Positions 7,517-16,430 of a stretch of 31,610 bases of DNA are shown here, one piece after another. Under the pieces are notes generated by a model. It worked only from the letters and a program-made list of their open reading frames with translations, ran no database searches and was not told where the DNA came from. Position numbers and translations under genes: made by a program. The stretch lies in IMG/VR virus record IMGVR_UViG_3300036783_000048, positions 1 to 31,610 of that record. One strand, given 5' to 3'. The DNA comes from a virus. Taxonomy: Duplodnaviria > Caudoviricetes. Within the stretch, counting starts at the first letter, position 1. Every line of letters starts with the position of its first letter.

Positions 7517-8693
7517 CTTTCAGGCTCACCGTTAAGGAGTTAAGGCGCGGCACGCTCAGATCGCTGGTGATATCCTTCAGCGAAAACTCAATGGAATCCG
7601 AATCCGGGAAGGTTTTGTGCACCTCGCGCCCCAGCTGCGAAAACGAAAAGCGGGAATACGGCCACGTTTTTTTCACGTCATAATCCGTGTTTCCCCTGAA
7701 CGCGCAGCGGATCAGGTTTTCAATCCCTTTCTTCAGCGTGTCCTGCTGCTCCGCTTCAAGGTTGCCCAGGTTTCTGACATACACCGTCACATCCAGATCG
7801 TGGCGGGTTTCCGGCATGGCAAAACACTGCATATCGTCCCCGTGGCCGTGGTGGCCTTGCGTGTTGATGTAGTCATTAACGGCTTCAATAAACGGCTCAG
7901 ACGTTACCCCGCTATCCAGTAACAAATATGCGTTCGCTGTACCCGGACCACGGGGCGCATCATGCAGAAAGAAAATCCTGTCAATGCTCAGTCCGGCCAC
8001 GCTGGCAATCATCGAACGGTAAACCGCATCCGTGTGATAGTTCCCCACCAGGTTGAACTGGTTCCGGCAGCGCTCGCGCAGCTCGTCATCGCTTTCTTCA
8101 TCCGCGCCCGGAACGGTCAGCCAGTCCTCTTCACTGGCCACATGGCTGATACCGTCCACGGCTACTGGCAGGATGCGGTAATAGCCCGGCGCAAGGTTGT
8201 ACGCCCCGCCCGTTCCGGTGGCTTTGACGGCAAGTAAAGCGCTTGCCGTGCCGGACGGGATCACCACATCGCCCACGGTGGCCATGGCGTAAACTTTGCC
8301 GTTAATCCTTTCGGTCTGGACTACCGTTCCCGCCGTCACAGTGACGGTTTGTTTTGAATCAGCCTTGTAAAAGCGGATCACACCTTCCGCCGCGCTGGCA
8401 GGTTTAGCCGTGACGTTCACCGCCCAGGCCAGCAAACGCAGCATCTGACCTCCCGCAGTGGCCACAAACATATTGGCCATGACCACCATAACCAGCGCAT
8501 CCTTCAGCCACATCACTGGCGCGGTCACAATCGCAGTAATGAGCCGCCAGAACGGAGACATACGCGACGTGTTAGTAATCAGCCCTTCCTGCGCTGCGAT
8601 GGCGTTGAAACGGGTGCGCACCGCCTCTTCCGTAACGGGCATCCCGCTGGACTTCACTACCTCTTCAAAATCTACCTGCGGCTTTTCCGTCAT
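7509..8693 (-). CDS. Baseplate J-like wedge protein, 394 aa
   Basis: GADEESDDELRER and PRGPGT motifs of the baseplate J/gp47 family. Confidence 0.9.
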   Translation of the reverse strand: MTEKPQVDFEEVVKSSGMPVTEEAVRTRFNAIAAQEGLITNTSRMSPFWRLITAIVTAPVMWLKDALVMVVMANMFVATAGGQMLRLLAWAVNVTAKPASAAEGVIRFYKADSKQTVTVTAGTVVQTERINGKVYAMATVGDVVIPSGTASALLAVKATGTGGAYNLAPGYYRILPVAVDGISHVASEEDWLTVPGADEESDDELRERCRNQFNLVGNYHTDAVYRSMIASVAGLSIDRIFFLHDAPRGPGTANAYLLLDSGVTSEPFIEAVNDYINTQGHHGHGDDMQCFAMPETRHDLDVTVYVRNLGNLEAEQQDTLKKGIENLIRCAFRGNTDYDVKKTWPYSRFSFSQLGREVHKTFPDSDSIEFSLKDITSDLSVPRLNSLTVSLKDD

Positions 8694-9019
8694 AAATCCA
8701 CCTGCGCCGATATTCCGCCAAAGTCATACGTGCTCGCCGTCACCCATAACCGCTTCTGGCTTTCCTCACTCACTTCCACCGTACCTGGCACAATGCGTTC
8801 ATCCTCTTCAATCAGCAGCTCCAGCTGCGTGAAGATATCCGCGCGTAAAGTTGGGCTGCGCTCGCCAACCAGCTGCGTGGCCAGGCCGCTTTCCAGAATG
8901 CTGTGAATAATGTCCTGCCCGATACTTTTGCGGTTGTTACACAGCTCAGGCTCTTTCCCGGTATTCAAAACAAAATTACCGTTTTCAATCAGCAGATCGA
9001 TGTAAAGCAAATCACTCAT
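8690..9019 (-). CDS. Baseplate wedge / sheath initiator (DUF2590, gpW/gp25-like), 109 aa
   Basis: MSDLLYIDLLI...E.D.RI.PG; ATGA coupling to neighbours; position between TMP and J. Confidence 0.75.
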   Translation of the reverse strand: MSDLLYIDLLIENGNFVLNTGKEPELCNNRKSIGQDIIHSILESGLATQLVGERSPTLRADIFTQLELLIEEDERIVPGTVEVSEESQKRLWVTASTYDFGGISAQVDL

Positions 9020-11328
9020 GGGTTTAGCTCCTGCCACTCCTGCAATTGCCCCGGTGAAAGCGTTTCTTTCGGATAAATGTTCACCGTGTCAATTTTGCGG
9101 CTGTTGTCCGTAACAGATTTAGAATTACTGTTTATGGTTTTACCGATCCCGCCGCGCTCAACGCCTTTCAGTTCCCCGCCTGTTAAAAGCACACTGGGGG
9201 CAATTGCTGGCGGCGGCTCCGGTAATAACGTGTTTTGCGTTAACTGCTGCGTAATATTCCCGCCGTACTCAACCTGTTTTATTTCAGGTGAAGAAAACGC
9301 GGCCTGTTCAACCTGTTTAGGATTGAAGGGTATTCCCTTATTTGCTCCCGAACCTGTATCAGCAGCCAGGGCAATATCCACGCCCGGAATTTTATTCAGC
9401 TTTTCAATAATCCAGTTGTACGTTCCGGTAAATGAACCTTTCAGGGTGTCCCATAATTTCCCGAAAACGCCCCCGATCACGCTGGCCATTTTTTCAAAGG
9501 AGGCGACAGGGGAATTAATATCAAAGGCGTTAACCACATCACCCCAGCCATCAATAACGATCCCGAACATCTCAATGACCGTCTGAATGGAACGATAAAC
9601 CAGCTCAAACGGAGTCAGAACCAGGCCAACCGCCCCCGCCACGACGCGGCCAAAGGTTTCCCCCGCGCTGGTCACGCCAGCCAGTTTTTCCCCTGTCATT
9701 TGTACCGGGGAAAGCAGGTTGCCAAACCAGCCAAATAGCGTTTTCACACCGTTCCATACCCAGCCCACCGCCGTGGCGATGCCGCTGAACAGTCCTTTAA
9801 ACGGTGTAAGTGCGCCGCTGGCCTGGCTGAAGCCACGGATAAAACCGCTGACGAAAGCCTTGATCGGTTGCCAGAACTTGATGACCGCCAGCACCACGCC
9901 AGCAATCGCCAGGGCAACGGCCGCAATCGGGGCAATCATCAGTAAAAACGAGGCAGAACCCACACGGGCGGCAATACTGGCGGCCAGCAGTGCGGCACGC
10001 AAACCCCGCAATCCGGCAGTAAACAGCTGCGTCACGGCGTTACTGGCGAGCATTGCCAGGCGATTCAGTCCCAGCAGTCTGGCCACGGGTGCCAGCACCT
10101 TCGTCATGCCCATCATCACAAACGTACTGACGCCCATCACAATATTGGCGATGGCACCCACGGCCGCAAAACTCAGCAGTGCCAGCGCGGCATAGCCCAC
10201 CACCCGCGCGATGTTGGGAAACAGCTGCATCCACCGGGCGAAGGTCTGTCCCATATCTGCCAGGCGATTCAGTAGCGGATACAGCACCGGGATCAGCGTC
10301 AGGCCAATGACGGTTTTAATGGCCGTCAGGATGGCAATAAAGCGATCCCACGGCTTCACCATTTTGGCCGCCATTTCCTGTGTACGCTTCAGCCCGTCAG
10401 CGCCGCCCAGCTCGGTAATATTCCGCTGAAGCAGCGCAACGTTGCCATACAGCTGCTTAACCACCGCCGAACTGTCCCCAAAGGCTTCATCCAGCTCCGC
10501 CTGTGCCTTCAGGTTCCCTTCCAGGCTCTTGCCATATTTGCCCTGTAGCTTCGCCAGCATTTCAGGCATGGACAGCATTTTTCCGGTAGCGTCAGTGAAG
10601 GACAGCCCCAGCTTTTTAGCGCCATCAATCGCGCCTGTCATAAAGCCTTCGTAGGCGCTGCTCGCTTCCGTTCCCAGCGTGCGGCTCAGTTGCCCCAGCA
10701 CGGCCAGCTGTTCATCCAGCCCGACACCGTAGTTTGTCCCCACGCCGCGCGCGCCCTCCATCAGGTCTTTGATAGTGGCCATTTCCGCGCCGAACGTCTT
10801 ACGCATGTAAACCATCTTTCCGGCCAGCTGTTCAGCGAACTGCACTTTGCCCAGGCGTGCGGCATCAGACGAAAAGTTACCGAACATCTGCCCCATGAAT
10901 TCCGACGTTTCCGCCGCGGTTGATTTCATGGCAAACGCCAGGACGTTGGCGACTTTCGTCACTTTCGGCAGTTCATTCCCGGTCAGCCCGGCAATGGCTG
11001 CATTGATTGATTCAGTGGACTGAACAAACTGCACCGCGCTGGCGCCGTAAGTCGTACTGAACGTCAGCGCGTCCCGCTGAATGGTTTTAAGCGCAGAATC
11101 GTCGATACCTTTTGCGGCCGCTTCATTCAGCGCGTCATACATTTCTATGGCCGGAGACAACGCGCCTTTGATGGCCATGCCCGTTCCGGCCAGCGCCAGC
11201 ACGCCGCCGCCAATCTTCGTAAACGCTGCCGTCGATTTTTCCGCAAAGCCGGTCACATTGTTCTGCACCTGTTTTAACGGGCGGGACAATTTATCAATCA
11301 GGCTTAATGTAAAATCTAACTGTTTCAT
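9016..11328 (-). CDS. Tail tape measure protein, 770 aa
   Basis: LSLIDKLSRPLK start, Ala/Gly-rich helical sequence with hydrophobic segments, follows the tail chaperones. Confidence 0.93.
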   Translation of the reverse strand: MKQLDFTLSLIDKLSRPLKQVQNNVTGFAEKSTAAFTKIGGGVLALAGTGMAIKGALSPAIEMYDALNEAAAKGIDDSALKTIQRDALTFSTTYGASAVQFVQSTESINAAIAGLTGNELPKVTKVANVLAFAMKSTAAETSEFMGQMFGNFSSDAARLGKVQFAEQLAGKMVYMRKTFGAEMATIKDLMEGARGVGTNYGVGLDEQLAVLGQLSRTLGTEASSAYEGFMTGAIDGAKKLGLSFTDATGKMLSMPEMLAKLQGKYGKSLEGNLKAQAELDEAFGDSSAVVKQLYGNVALLQRNITELGGADGLKRTQEMAAKMVKPWDRFIAILTAIKTVIGLTLIPVLYPLLNRLADMGQTFARWMQLFPNIARVVGYAALALLSFAAVGAIANIVMGVSTFVMMGMTKVLAPVARLLGLNRLAMLASNAVTQLFTAGLRGLRAALLAASIAARVGSASFLLMIAPIAAVALAIAGVVLAVIKFWQPIKAFVSGFIRGFSQASGALTPFKGLFSGIATAVGWVWNGVKTLFGWFGNLLSPVQMTGEKLAGVTSAGETFGRVVAGAVGLVLTPFELVYRSIQTVIEMFGIVIDGWGDVVNAFDINSPVASFEKMASVIGGVFGKLWDTLKGSFTGTYNWIIEKLNKIPGVDIALAADTGSGANKGIPFNPKQVEQAAFSSPEIKQVEYGGNITQQLTQNTLLPEPPPAIAPSVLLTGGELKGVERGGIGKTINSNSKSVTDNSRKIDTVNIYPKETLSPGQLQEWQELNP

Positions 11329-11519
11329 TCATCGCCTTTAAAAGCAGTGCTTATTCCGTTTGCAACAGCAATACGCATATTTTCCCAATGGCGATTATCC
11401 AGCCACACAGCGGCGGCAATATCGTCAATGGAATCGTCCCCGTGGGGTAAATAGTGGCGGCGTAAAATTAAATACTGGTCGAGTCCGTTTCTCTCAATAG
11501 TCCGGACTCGCTTTGTCAG
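11325..11519 (-). CDS. -1 frameshift extension (E' / GT type, 64 aa) of the tail assembly chaperone; absent from the ORF track
   Basis: Open -1 frame LTKRVRTIERNGLDQYLILRRHYLPHG...AFKGDE* from slippery A AAA AAC (11525..11519); its TGA overlaps the TMP ATG. Confidence 0.85.
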   Translation of the reverse strand: MTKRVRTIERNGLDQYLILRRHYLPHGDDSIDDIAAAVWLDNRHWENMRIAVANGISTAFKGDE

Positions 11520-11776
11520 TTTTTTACTTCAATTTCCAGCTCAGGCGCGTAAATTTCATTTACCTTGCCAGCCAGCTGCAACGCTGCACCCGGACGTTTT
11601 AAAAGCTCGGCCAGCGCGTCTTTGCTTTCCGGCTCCACAATTCTGGTTAAATAGTTATGCGCCGGGGCAACTTTGTTATCCATCGCCATTTCATTAATGA
11701 ATTTGTTATAGGCGGTCTGGTTAGGCGCAAAAACAATTTCTTTACCACATACGACCAGATTAATTTTCTGTTCCAT
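11516..11776 (-). CDS. Tail assembly chaperone, 86 aa
   Basis: Upstream of TMP and ends in a slippery heptamer. Confidence 0.85.
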   Translation of the reverse strand: MEQKINLVVCGKEIVFAPNQTAYNKFINEMAMDNKVAPAHNYLTRIVEPESKDALAELLKRPGAALQLAGKVNEIYAPELEIEVKN

Positions 11777-12065
11777 TTAATACACTCTCTCGTTTGTTCA
11801 TTTCATCAATCAGCGCGTTATGACGGGCTGCACATACAGAATATAAATCCTGATATTCAATAGCAGGGGCAGCGATATCCGCCCCGGTATTACCTTTAAT
11901 GCGCGGAAGGTTTTCCGTTGGGCATTTTCGCTTCAGGTTTTCCTGATAAGGTACGCTCGGTATTTTCGACGGTTGCGTTATACATCCGGATAAAATCATC
12001 AGACACGCAAACGTTAGTGAAAACCGGCTTAAGAATTTCCGTCCTGATTTCCTTCGGTCTGCCAC
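11760..12065 (-). CDS. Outer-membrane spanin (Rz1-like lipoprotein), about 101 aa; start uncertain
   Basis: Basic N-region, hydrophobic stretch, lipobox LSG-C, Pro-rich mature part; overlaps the 3' part of the i-spanin in another frame; GTG at 12065 with GGAGG 9 nt upstream. Confidence 0.8.
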   Translation of the reverse strand: MADRRKSGRKFLSRFSLTFACLMILSGCITQPSKIPSVPYQENLKRKCPTENLPRIKGNTGADIAAPAIEYQDLYSVCAARHNALIDEMNKRESVLNGTEN

Positions 12066-12264
12066 TCTCCAGCGCCTCCAGTTTCTCTTCCAGCCCCCTG
12101 GCGGATTCGCTGGCAATCTCCAGCATCGCCTTTTGGGACTTGTTACCCGCAACCTGCGCGGCGGAGTTGATCGCCAGCTCCAGGCTGTCCCGCCGCCAGT
12201 CGGCGGTCAGCCAGCCCCAGACAAACGCCAGCGCAACCACTACCAGCCACTGGCCGTTTGTCAT
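11896..12264 (-). CDS. Inner-membrane spanin (Rz-like), 122 aa
   Basis: N-terminal TM helix, helical periplasmic part, C-terminal Cys; follows the endolysin. Confidence 0.82.
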   Translation of the reverse strand: MTNGQWLVVVALAFVWGWLTADWRRDSLELAINSAAQVAGNKSQKAMLEIASESARGLEEKLEALESGRPKEIRTEILKPVFTNVCVSDDFIRMYNATVENTERTLSGKPEAKMPNGKPSAH

Positions 12265-12605
12265 CAGCGCACCCCGTTATGTTCCAGACTGAAGTGATTC
12301 CCGTCCGGACGGGATTTAAAGCGGCCGCCCCACGTACCACCCAGCGATTCCCAGTATTCACCCAGCGGGAGATAATCGGCCGTGGCGGTTTTGTACTGAC
12401 CATTCACGAACAGATTAAAATCCACGGCCAGGCGCTGTGTATGCAGACTGTTGGTGATGCCGCTGCCCTTTTTAGCGTTCAGCGCCGCCTGTTCCGGCGT
12501 GCGGTACGCCTCGCCAAAGGTCAGGCGGTAGCCGTGCTCTTCAGCCCAGTGGATCAGATTGCCCACCATCACGGTGAACAGCTGCTGTTTTTCACTTAAC
12601 GTCAT
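12264..12605 (-). CDS. Endolysin, M15-family Zn metallopeptidase, 113 aa
   Basis: YRTPEQ, SLHTQRLAVD (H-x6-D), WGG.F and DGNHFS motifs. Confidence 0.9.
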   Translation of the reverse strand: MTLSEKQQLFTVMVGNLIHWAEEHGYRLTFGEAYRTPEQAALNAKKGSGITNSLHTQRLAVDFNLFVNGQYKTATADYLPLGEYWESLGGTWGGRFKSRPDGNHFSLEHNGVR

Positions 12606-12889
12606 AATTTACCTGCCCCCGAGTTGATCCCTTTACGTTTGAGCCAGAGTTCAACCCCCTGAAGCCCGGCCAGCCCCAGCGCCGAACCAATCCCCAGCAG
12701 CGCCAGCGGGTGTAGCTCAGGAACCAGATAAAGCATCGAACCCGCCGCCACAGAAAGCGCACTCCCGACAATCACGCGCCCGATGGCCAGCCGCGCCGTA
12801 ACAGGCTCATTGCTGGACAGCAGCTTACCCAGCGCGATAAGCGCCCCCATAACCGCCAGCGTCAGCGCGCCTTTTTCATACTCCTGCAT
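12602..12889 (-). CDS. Holin, 95 aa
   Basis: About three hydrophobic segments, basic C-terminus, directly upstream of the endolysin. Confidence 0.85.
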   Translation of the reverse strand: MQEYEKGALTLAVMGALIALGKLLSSNEPVTARLAIGRVIVGSALSVAAGSMLYLVPELHPLALLGIGSALGLAGLQGVELWLKRKGINSGAGKL

Positions 12890-12898
12890 CCCTGCCCC

Positions 12899-13354
12899 TT
12901 ACCCGATCAGGTTTTCCGTGGCTTCCGCTTCCAGATACGGAACGCCGTTGATGTTTACGAACTTTGGACTGGTCACAAAATATTTGATTTTGTGCGTGGC
13001 CACGCTGCCACCCTTCGGATCGATATCCAGCAGGTTACTCAGCTGAAGTTTGCAGCCGAACGTCTCCACCTTGACTTCCTCGTTTCCAGCTTTGGCATAG
13101 AAGAGGAAATCCACTGGTTCAATACCGCGCCAGGAACCCGCCGATCGTGCTTTCGCCGTCAGTACACTCAGCACTTTGGAACTGACTTCAATTTCACCCT
13201 CTGCCGCCACGTCGCCATCAACGTGGCCATCCGGCACGCCACGGGTCTGCGCGGCGGCGCTGTTGTCCGTGATATCGAGAGAAATTTTCTCAATGTGGAT
13301 CAGATCGCCGTCAACGTAAGAATCAAACGACATCCCCGAAATACGCTTACTCAT
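12899..13354 (-). CDS. Tail tube protein (DUF2597), 151 aa
   Basis: Follows the sheath; RISGMSFD, TRGVPDG and SPKFVNINGVPYL motifs of HP1-like tubes. Confidence 0.85.
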   Translation of the reverse strand: MSKRISGMSFDSYVDGDLIHIEKISLDITDNSAAAQTRGVPDGHVDGDVAAEGEIEVSSKVLSVLTAKARSAGSWRGIEPVDFLFYAKAGNEEVKVETFGCKLQLSNLLDIDPKGGSVATHKIKYFVTSPKFVNINGVPYLEAEATENLIG

Positions 13355-14478
13355 GCGGCGGCCTCCAGGCTGGCATCCAGTAACAGGCTGATGGTGATTT
13401 GCAGCGGTACTTCCCAGGTACGCACCACAATGTAAATCTCCACCGCCTTTTTGTTTTTCCAGACAATGGTCACATCACCATCCTGCGGCGGCTTCACTTC
13501 GCCGGGGAATGAAACCCCGTTGATATTTGCTGCCGTGGACATTTCGCGCAGCGGCTTCGCAAACAGCGTCTGGTGTGCGGCAATGCTGCCCGGCGTGCTG
13601 TTAAGCGAACGGTCTGCAATTTTGCCGATGGCCAGCAGACGCACCCGACGTGCGGCTTTATCGGCAACGCGCAGCGTTTCGATGGACTGATAATCGCCCC
13701 CCTCAACGTCCAGCGTGCGCCCGTCTGACCAGTAGAACCCGTCATAATCCGGATACCACATCGGGACGCTGAAGCGCTGCGCCTCCAAAGCCTGAAGCGT
13801 GGCCAGTTCCAGCACATCCCCCGCGCCATCCAGCGGCAGTTCATCACTGCCCAGGCTTACCAGCGCACCCGTTTTTACACGCGCCGGACTGTCCGCCACG
13901 GTGACGGCACGGCTGCACAGACGGCCAGCCAGCACGCCCGGCTCATTTCCCCAGAGTCGGGGAACCAGCTGCACCGCTTTTTCCGCAATGCCGTCCTGAA
14001 GGATGGACATACGCGCAAGATAATCCGCCTGTCCCTCTTCATCCTGCATTCCCTGCGCCGCCAGAATGAACCACACCCAGCGGCCGTATTTAGCGATCAG
14101 ATCCGCACGCAGCGTTACGGCCTGGCCAATTTCCGCCTTTGTGGAAATGTCATTGCACAGCACCACGCCTTCAACAGAGCACGATACCTGTGCGGCCAGC
14201 ACCGCTTTAACCCACGCATCCGGCTCGCTGTCAGCGGCCAGCACATGAACGAATCCCCACCAGTTCTGGCCAGCATTCGACACTGCCGCCAGCACGTCCC
14301 GTTTTAACTGACTGTCAGCCTCACCCAGCAGCGCGTCAAAATCGCTTTGGGTATTCACAGCCAGGGTCTTGCCTGTATTTTTGGTTCCCGTACCGATAAA
14401 CAGCACCGTGCGTTCAACCTCATTGGTTTCGCCCAGTAGCTGGTTTACCTGGTTAACGGTCACATTTGGCCAGGTCAT
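13351..14478 (-). CDS. Tail sheath protein (DUF2586), 375 aa
   Basis: MTWPNVTVNQVN start, WYPDYDGFYWSDG and GDYQSIETLRVADKAAR motifs. Confidence 0.88.
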   Translation of the reverse strand: MTWPNVTVNQVNQLLGETNEVERTVLFIGTGTKNTGKTLAVNTQSDFDALLGEADSQLKRDVLAAVSNAGQNWWGFVHVLAADSEPDAWVKAVLAAQVSCSVEGVVLCNDISTKAEIGQAVTLRADLIAKYGRWVWFILAAQGMQDEEGQADYLARMSILQDGIAEKAVQLVPRLWGNEPGVLAGRLCSRAVTVADSPARVKTGALVSLGSDELPLDGAGDVLELATLQALEAQRFSVPMWYPDYDGFYWSDGRTLDVEGGDYQSIETLRVADKAARRVRLLAIGKIADRSLNSTPGSIAAHQTLFAKPLREMSTAANINGVSFPGEVKPPQDGDVTIVWKNKKAVEIYIVVRTWEVPLQITISLLLDASLEAAA

Positions 14479-15182
14479 GTTCTCCCCCTGATATCCTGCG
14501 CATTCACATCCCAGCCAAAGCCGATGGCCTGAAGCTGGCGTGCCAGCGCCTTGTTAAAGTCCTCATCACCCATTCCCAAAAATACGCGGGAAGGAAGATC
14601 GATAGTCCAGCTCGTTTTTACAGCCTTGCCGCTTAACTTCCGGATGAGCAAACCCGCCTGTCCGTACGGCATTTCGCTGGTGATTTCCCGGATAGTGGGC
14701 TTTTTCCAGCGCTTACCCCGACGCACCCGGTAGCCCAGCGCACGCAGTTTTTTTCCCTGCGCAGCAGTGGCCATCTTCCCTGTCTGCGTTCCCCCTGGCT
14801 GGCTGGCGCGACTCACACGAACGCGCATACCGTTCTGCTGTGAATACCCCACGGTGCCAGCAGGTACGGGTTTTTCCCCGTTCCGGTAGCCGCCTCCCTG
14901 CAGGTAGATCCGCACTGCCTTAATTTCAGGCATTTCCCGGATATGCAGCAGTTTCGGCATATTGCGCAGCATCTTCCCTTTGCGCTTCGTTTTGCGTCCT
15001 TCCCAGCCTTCCCCTTCCGGCGTTTCCTGGTTCCGCACGTTGCGTTTAGCGGCGGCAATAACGCCATATTTCGCCATTCGCCACAGCAGCCGCTGCCGTT
15101 TTTTGGGCGGCAATTCCATGCTGGCCAGCGCCTTTTTCAGCTCCGCCAGCTGGCGTTTGTTAAGCTCCCCTCCGGCAATCAC
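14475..15182 (-). CDS. Virion morphogenesis / tail completion protein, gpS-like, 235 aa
   Basis: Basic protein with Q.TPEG..W..RK and LPSRVFLG motifs. Confidence 0.8.
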   Translation of the reverse strand: MIAGGELNKRQLAELKKALASMELPPKKRQRLLWRMAKYGVIAAAKRNVRNQETPEGEGWEGRKTKRKGKMLRNMPKLLHIREMPEIKAVRIYLQGGGYRNGEKPVPAGTVGYSQQNGMRVRVSRASQPGGTQTGKMATAAQGKKLRALGYRVRRGKRWKKPTIREITSEMPYGQAGLLIRKLSGKAVKTSWTIDLPSRVFLGMGDEDFNKALARQLQAIGFGWDVNAQDIRGRT

Positions 15183-15685
15183 GACGCATCGCCCACAGGC
15201 GCACCGGATTCATCCACGCCGTAAATCGTTGCGGTCAGCGCCGTCCAGATTTCCGGATCAACCAGTGACCAGCGCTTGCCCCGCCAGGGGATTAATCCTT
15301 TTTCGTCCTCACGGATCACCAGCTCTTCCGCCATAGGCACCGTCAGGACAATATCGGCGGTTTCTTCATCGGGCACAGACACATCCCACTGCGGATCGGC
15401 CTCCGTTATCCCGATTTCGTCCAGTAACTCCCTGTCAGCCTCATCAAGCCAGGCAGCCATCAGCGACATGAGCAGCTGCGGCGGACACAGGCGAAACGGG
15501 AAACGCTCCCAGCTCAGTACCGCGTCATAGCGGATCACCGCCTGGCGGTACTGCCCCAGCCCCAAATCCTTTGCAGCCGGTACGAACGCCATTTCATCCA
15601 GCACGCTGTCAAAGGACTGCATTGCGCGTGCTGGAACGTTGTCTGTAAAAAAAGCCGTCAGGTTTTCCAGCTGTGTCTGGCTCAT
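15179..15685 (-). CDS. Tail completion protein, gpR-like, 168 aa
   Basis: Position between L and S; Y.A.L..ERFP and AWL motifs. Confidence 0.75.
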   Translation of the reverse strand: MSQTQLENLTAFFTDNVPARAMQSFDSVLDEMAFVPAAKDLGLGQYRQAVIRYDAVLSWERFPFRLCPPQLLMSLMAAWLDEADRELLDEIGITEADPQWDVSVPDEETADIVLTVPMAEELVIREDEKGLIPWRGKRWSLVDPEIWTALTATIYGVDESGAPVGDAS

Positions 15686-16134
15686 ACTTTCTTCACCGTT
15701 GCCCTTTTCAGCCCCTTCATGCGGCGGATCACAACAGATGCCTCTGCCAGTAACCCGGCGCGGGTTTCTGTGCTTTCCTGGCCAGGGTGAGAATCACGCC
15801 GCCCAACGGTGGCAAACTCCCCCAACAGGTCCGCTTTTGCCCTGGCAAAAACCGCCTTTGTGTACTGCGCACAGAGGGCGTTTAACTCCCCCATCCTTGC
15901 CCCCGGCGCGTCCCCTGCGCTCAGAACGCCTTTTGCCTTCCAGCTGGCTTCCACTTTTTCCAGCTCCGCATTCACCTCCGCTACAGCCGCCAGCAGCGCC
16001 TGGGCAACGGTGTCCGCGTCAACATCAGCCGGGATCGCTCGCTGTGCCTGAAAGTCCTTCAGGTTCAGGTCTGGCCAAAATCCTTCGTTTTTTAAAGGCT
16101 CGTCCTGATAATCAAGCGGCTTTCCACTAAACAT
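15682..16134 (-). CDS. Head completion protein, gpL-like, 150 aa
   Basis: N.GFWPDL and Y..AVFARAKA.L motifs; GGGGGAG SD before the ATG at 16134. Confidence 0.88.
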   Translation of the reverse strand: MFSGKPLDYQDEPLKNEGFWPDLNLKDFQAQRAIPADVDADTVAQALLAAVAEVNAELEKVEASWKAKGVLSAGDAPGARMGELNALCAQYTKAVFARAKADLLGEFATVGRRDSHPGQESTETRAGLLAEASVVIRRMKGLKRATVKKV

Positions 16135-16144
16135 GGCTCCCCCG

Positions 16145-16217
16145 AAAAAATAGGCGGGCTGTCCGGTTTCCACGGCGCAGCTTCACATCGTGTTTCTGCC
16201 CTCCACCGCGCCCGCCT
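16145..16217 (-). promoter_or_regulatory. Long irregular RNA hairpin plus U-tract ahead of gpL
   Basis: AGGCGGGC/GCCCGCCT 8-bp closing stem with nested CGGT/ACCG, GCAG/CTGC and CAC/GTG helices, followed by ATTTTTT. Confidence 0.55.
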
Positions 16218-16232
16218 GGCTTGCGGTAGTCT

Positions 16233-16430
16233 TTAAGGCTGAACGGGTGTCAGCTCGTTTTCATCAAACCAGGAATCCACAGCGCGGCCATCAGCGGCCA
16301 GATAGTGGATCAGGTACTGATTGCGGCAATTGGTGTATTCAGCGCGGGCTTTAACGTGCCCCTGTTCACCACTGATAGTGACCTTCACCACCTGCCCCAG
16401 CTCATGTTTAAACTTGATTACTGTTGCCAT
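16233..16430 (-). CDS. Small hypothetical protein, 65 aa (MATVIKFKHELGQVV...)
   Basis: AGGAG SD upstream of the ATG at 16430; fills the gap between gpM and the hairpin; overlaps the gpM 3' end. Confidence 0.7.
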   Translation of the reverse strand: MATVIKFKHELGQVVKVTISGEQGHVKARAEYTNCRNQYLIHYLAADGRAVDSWFDENELTPVQP

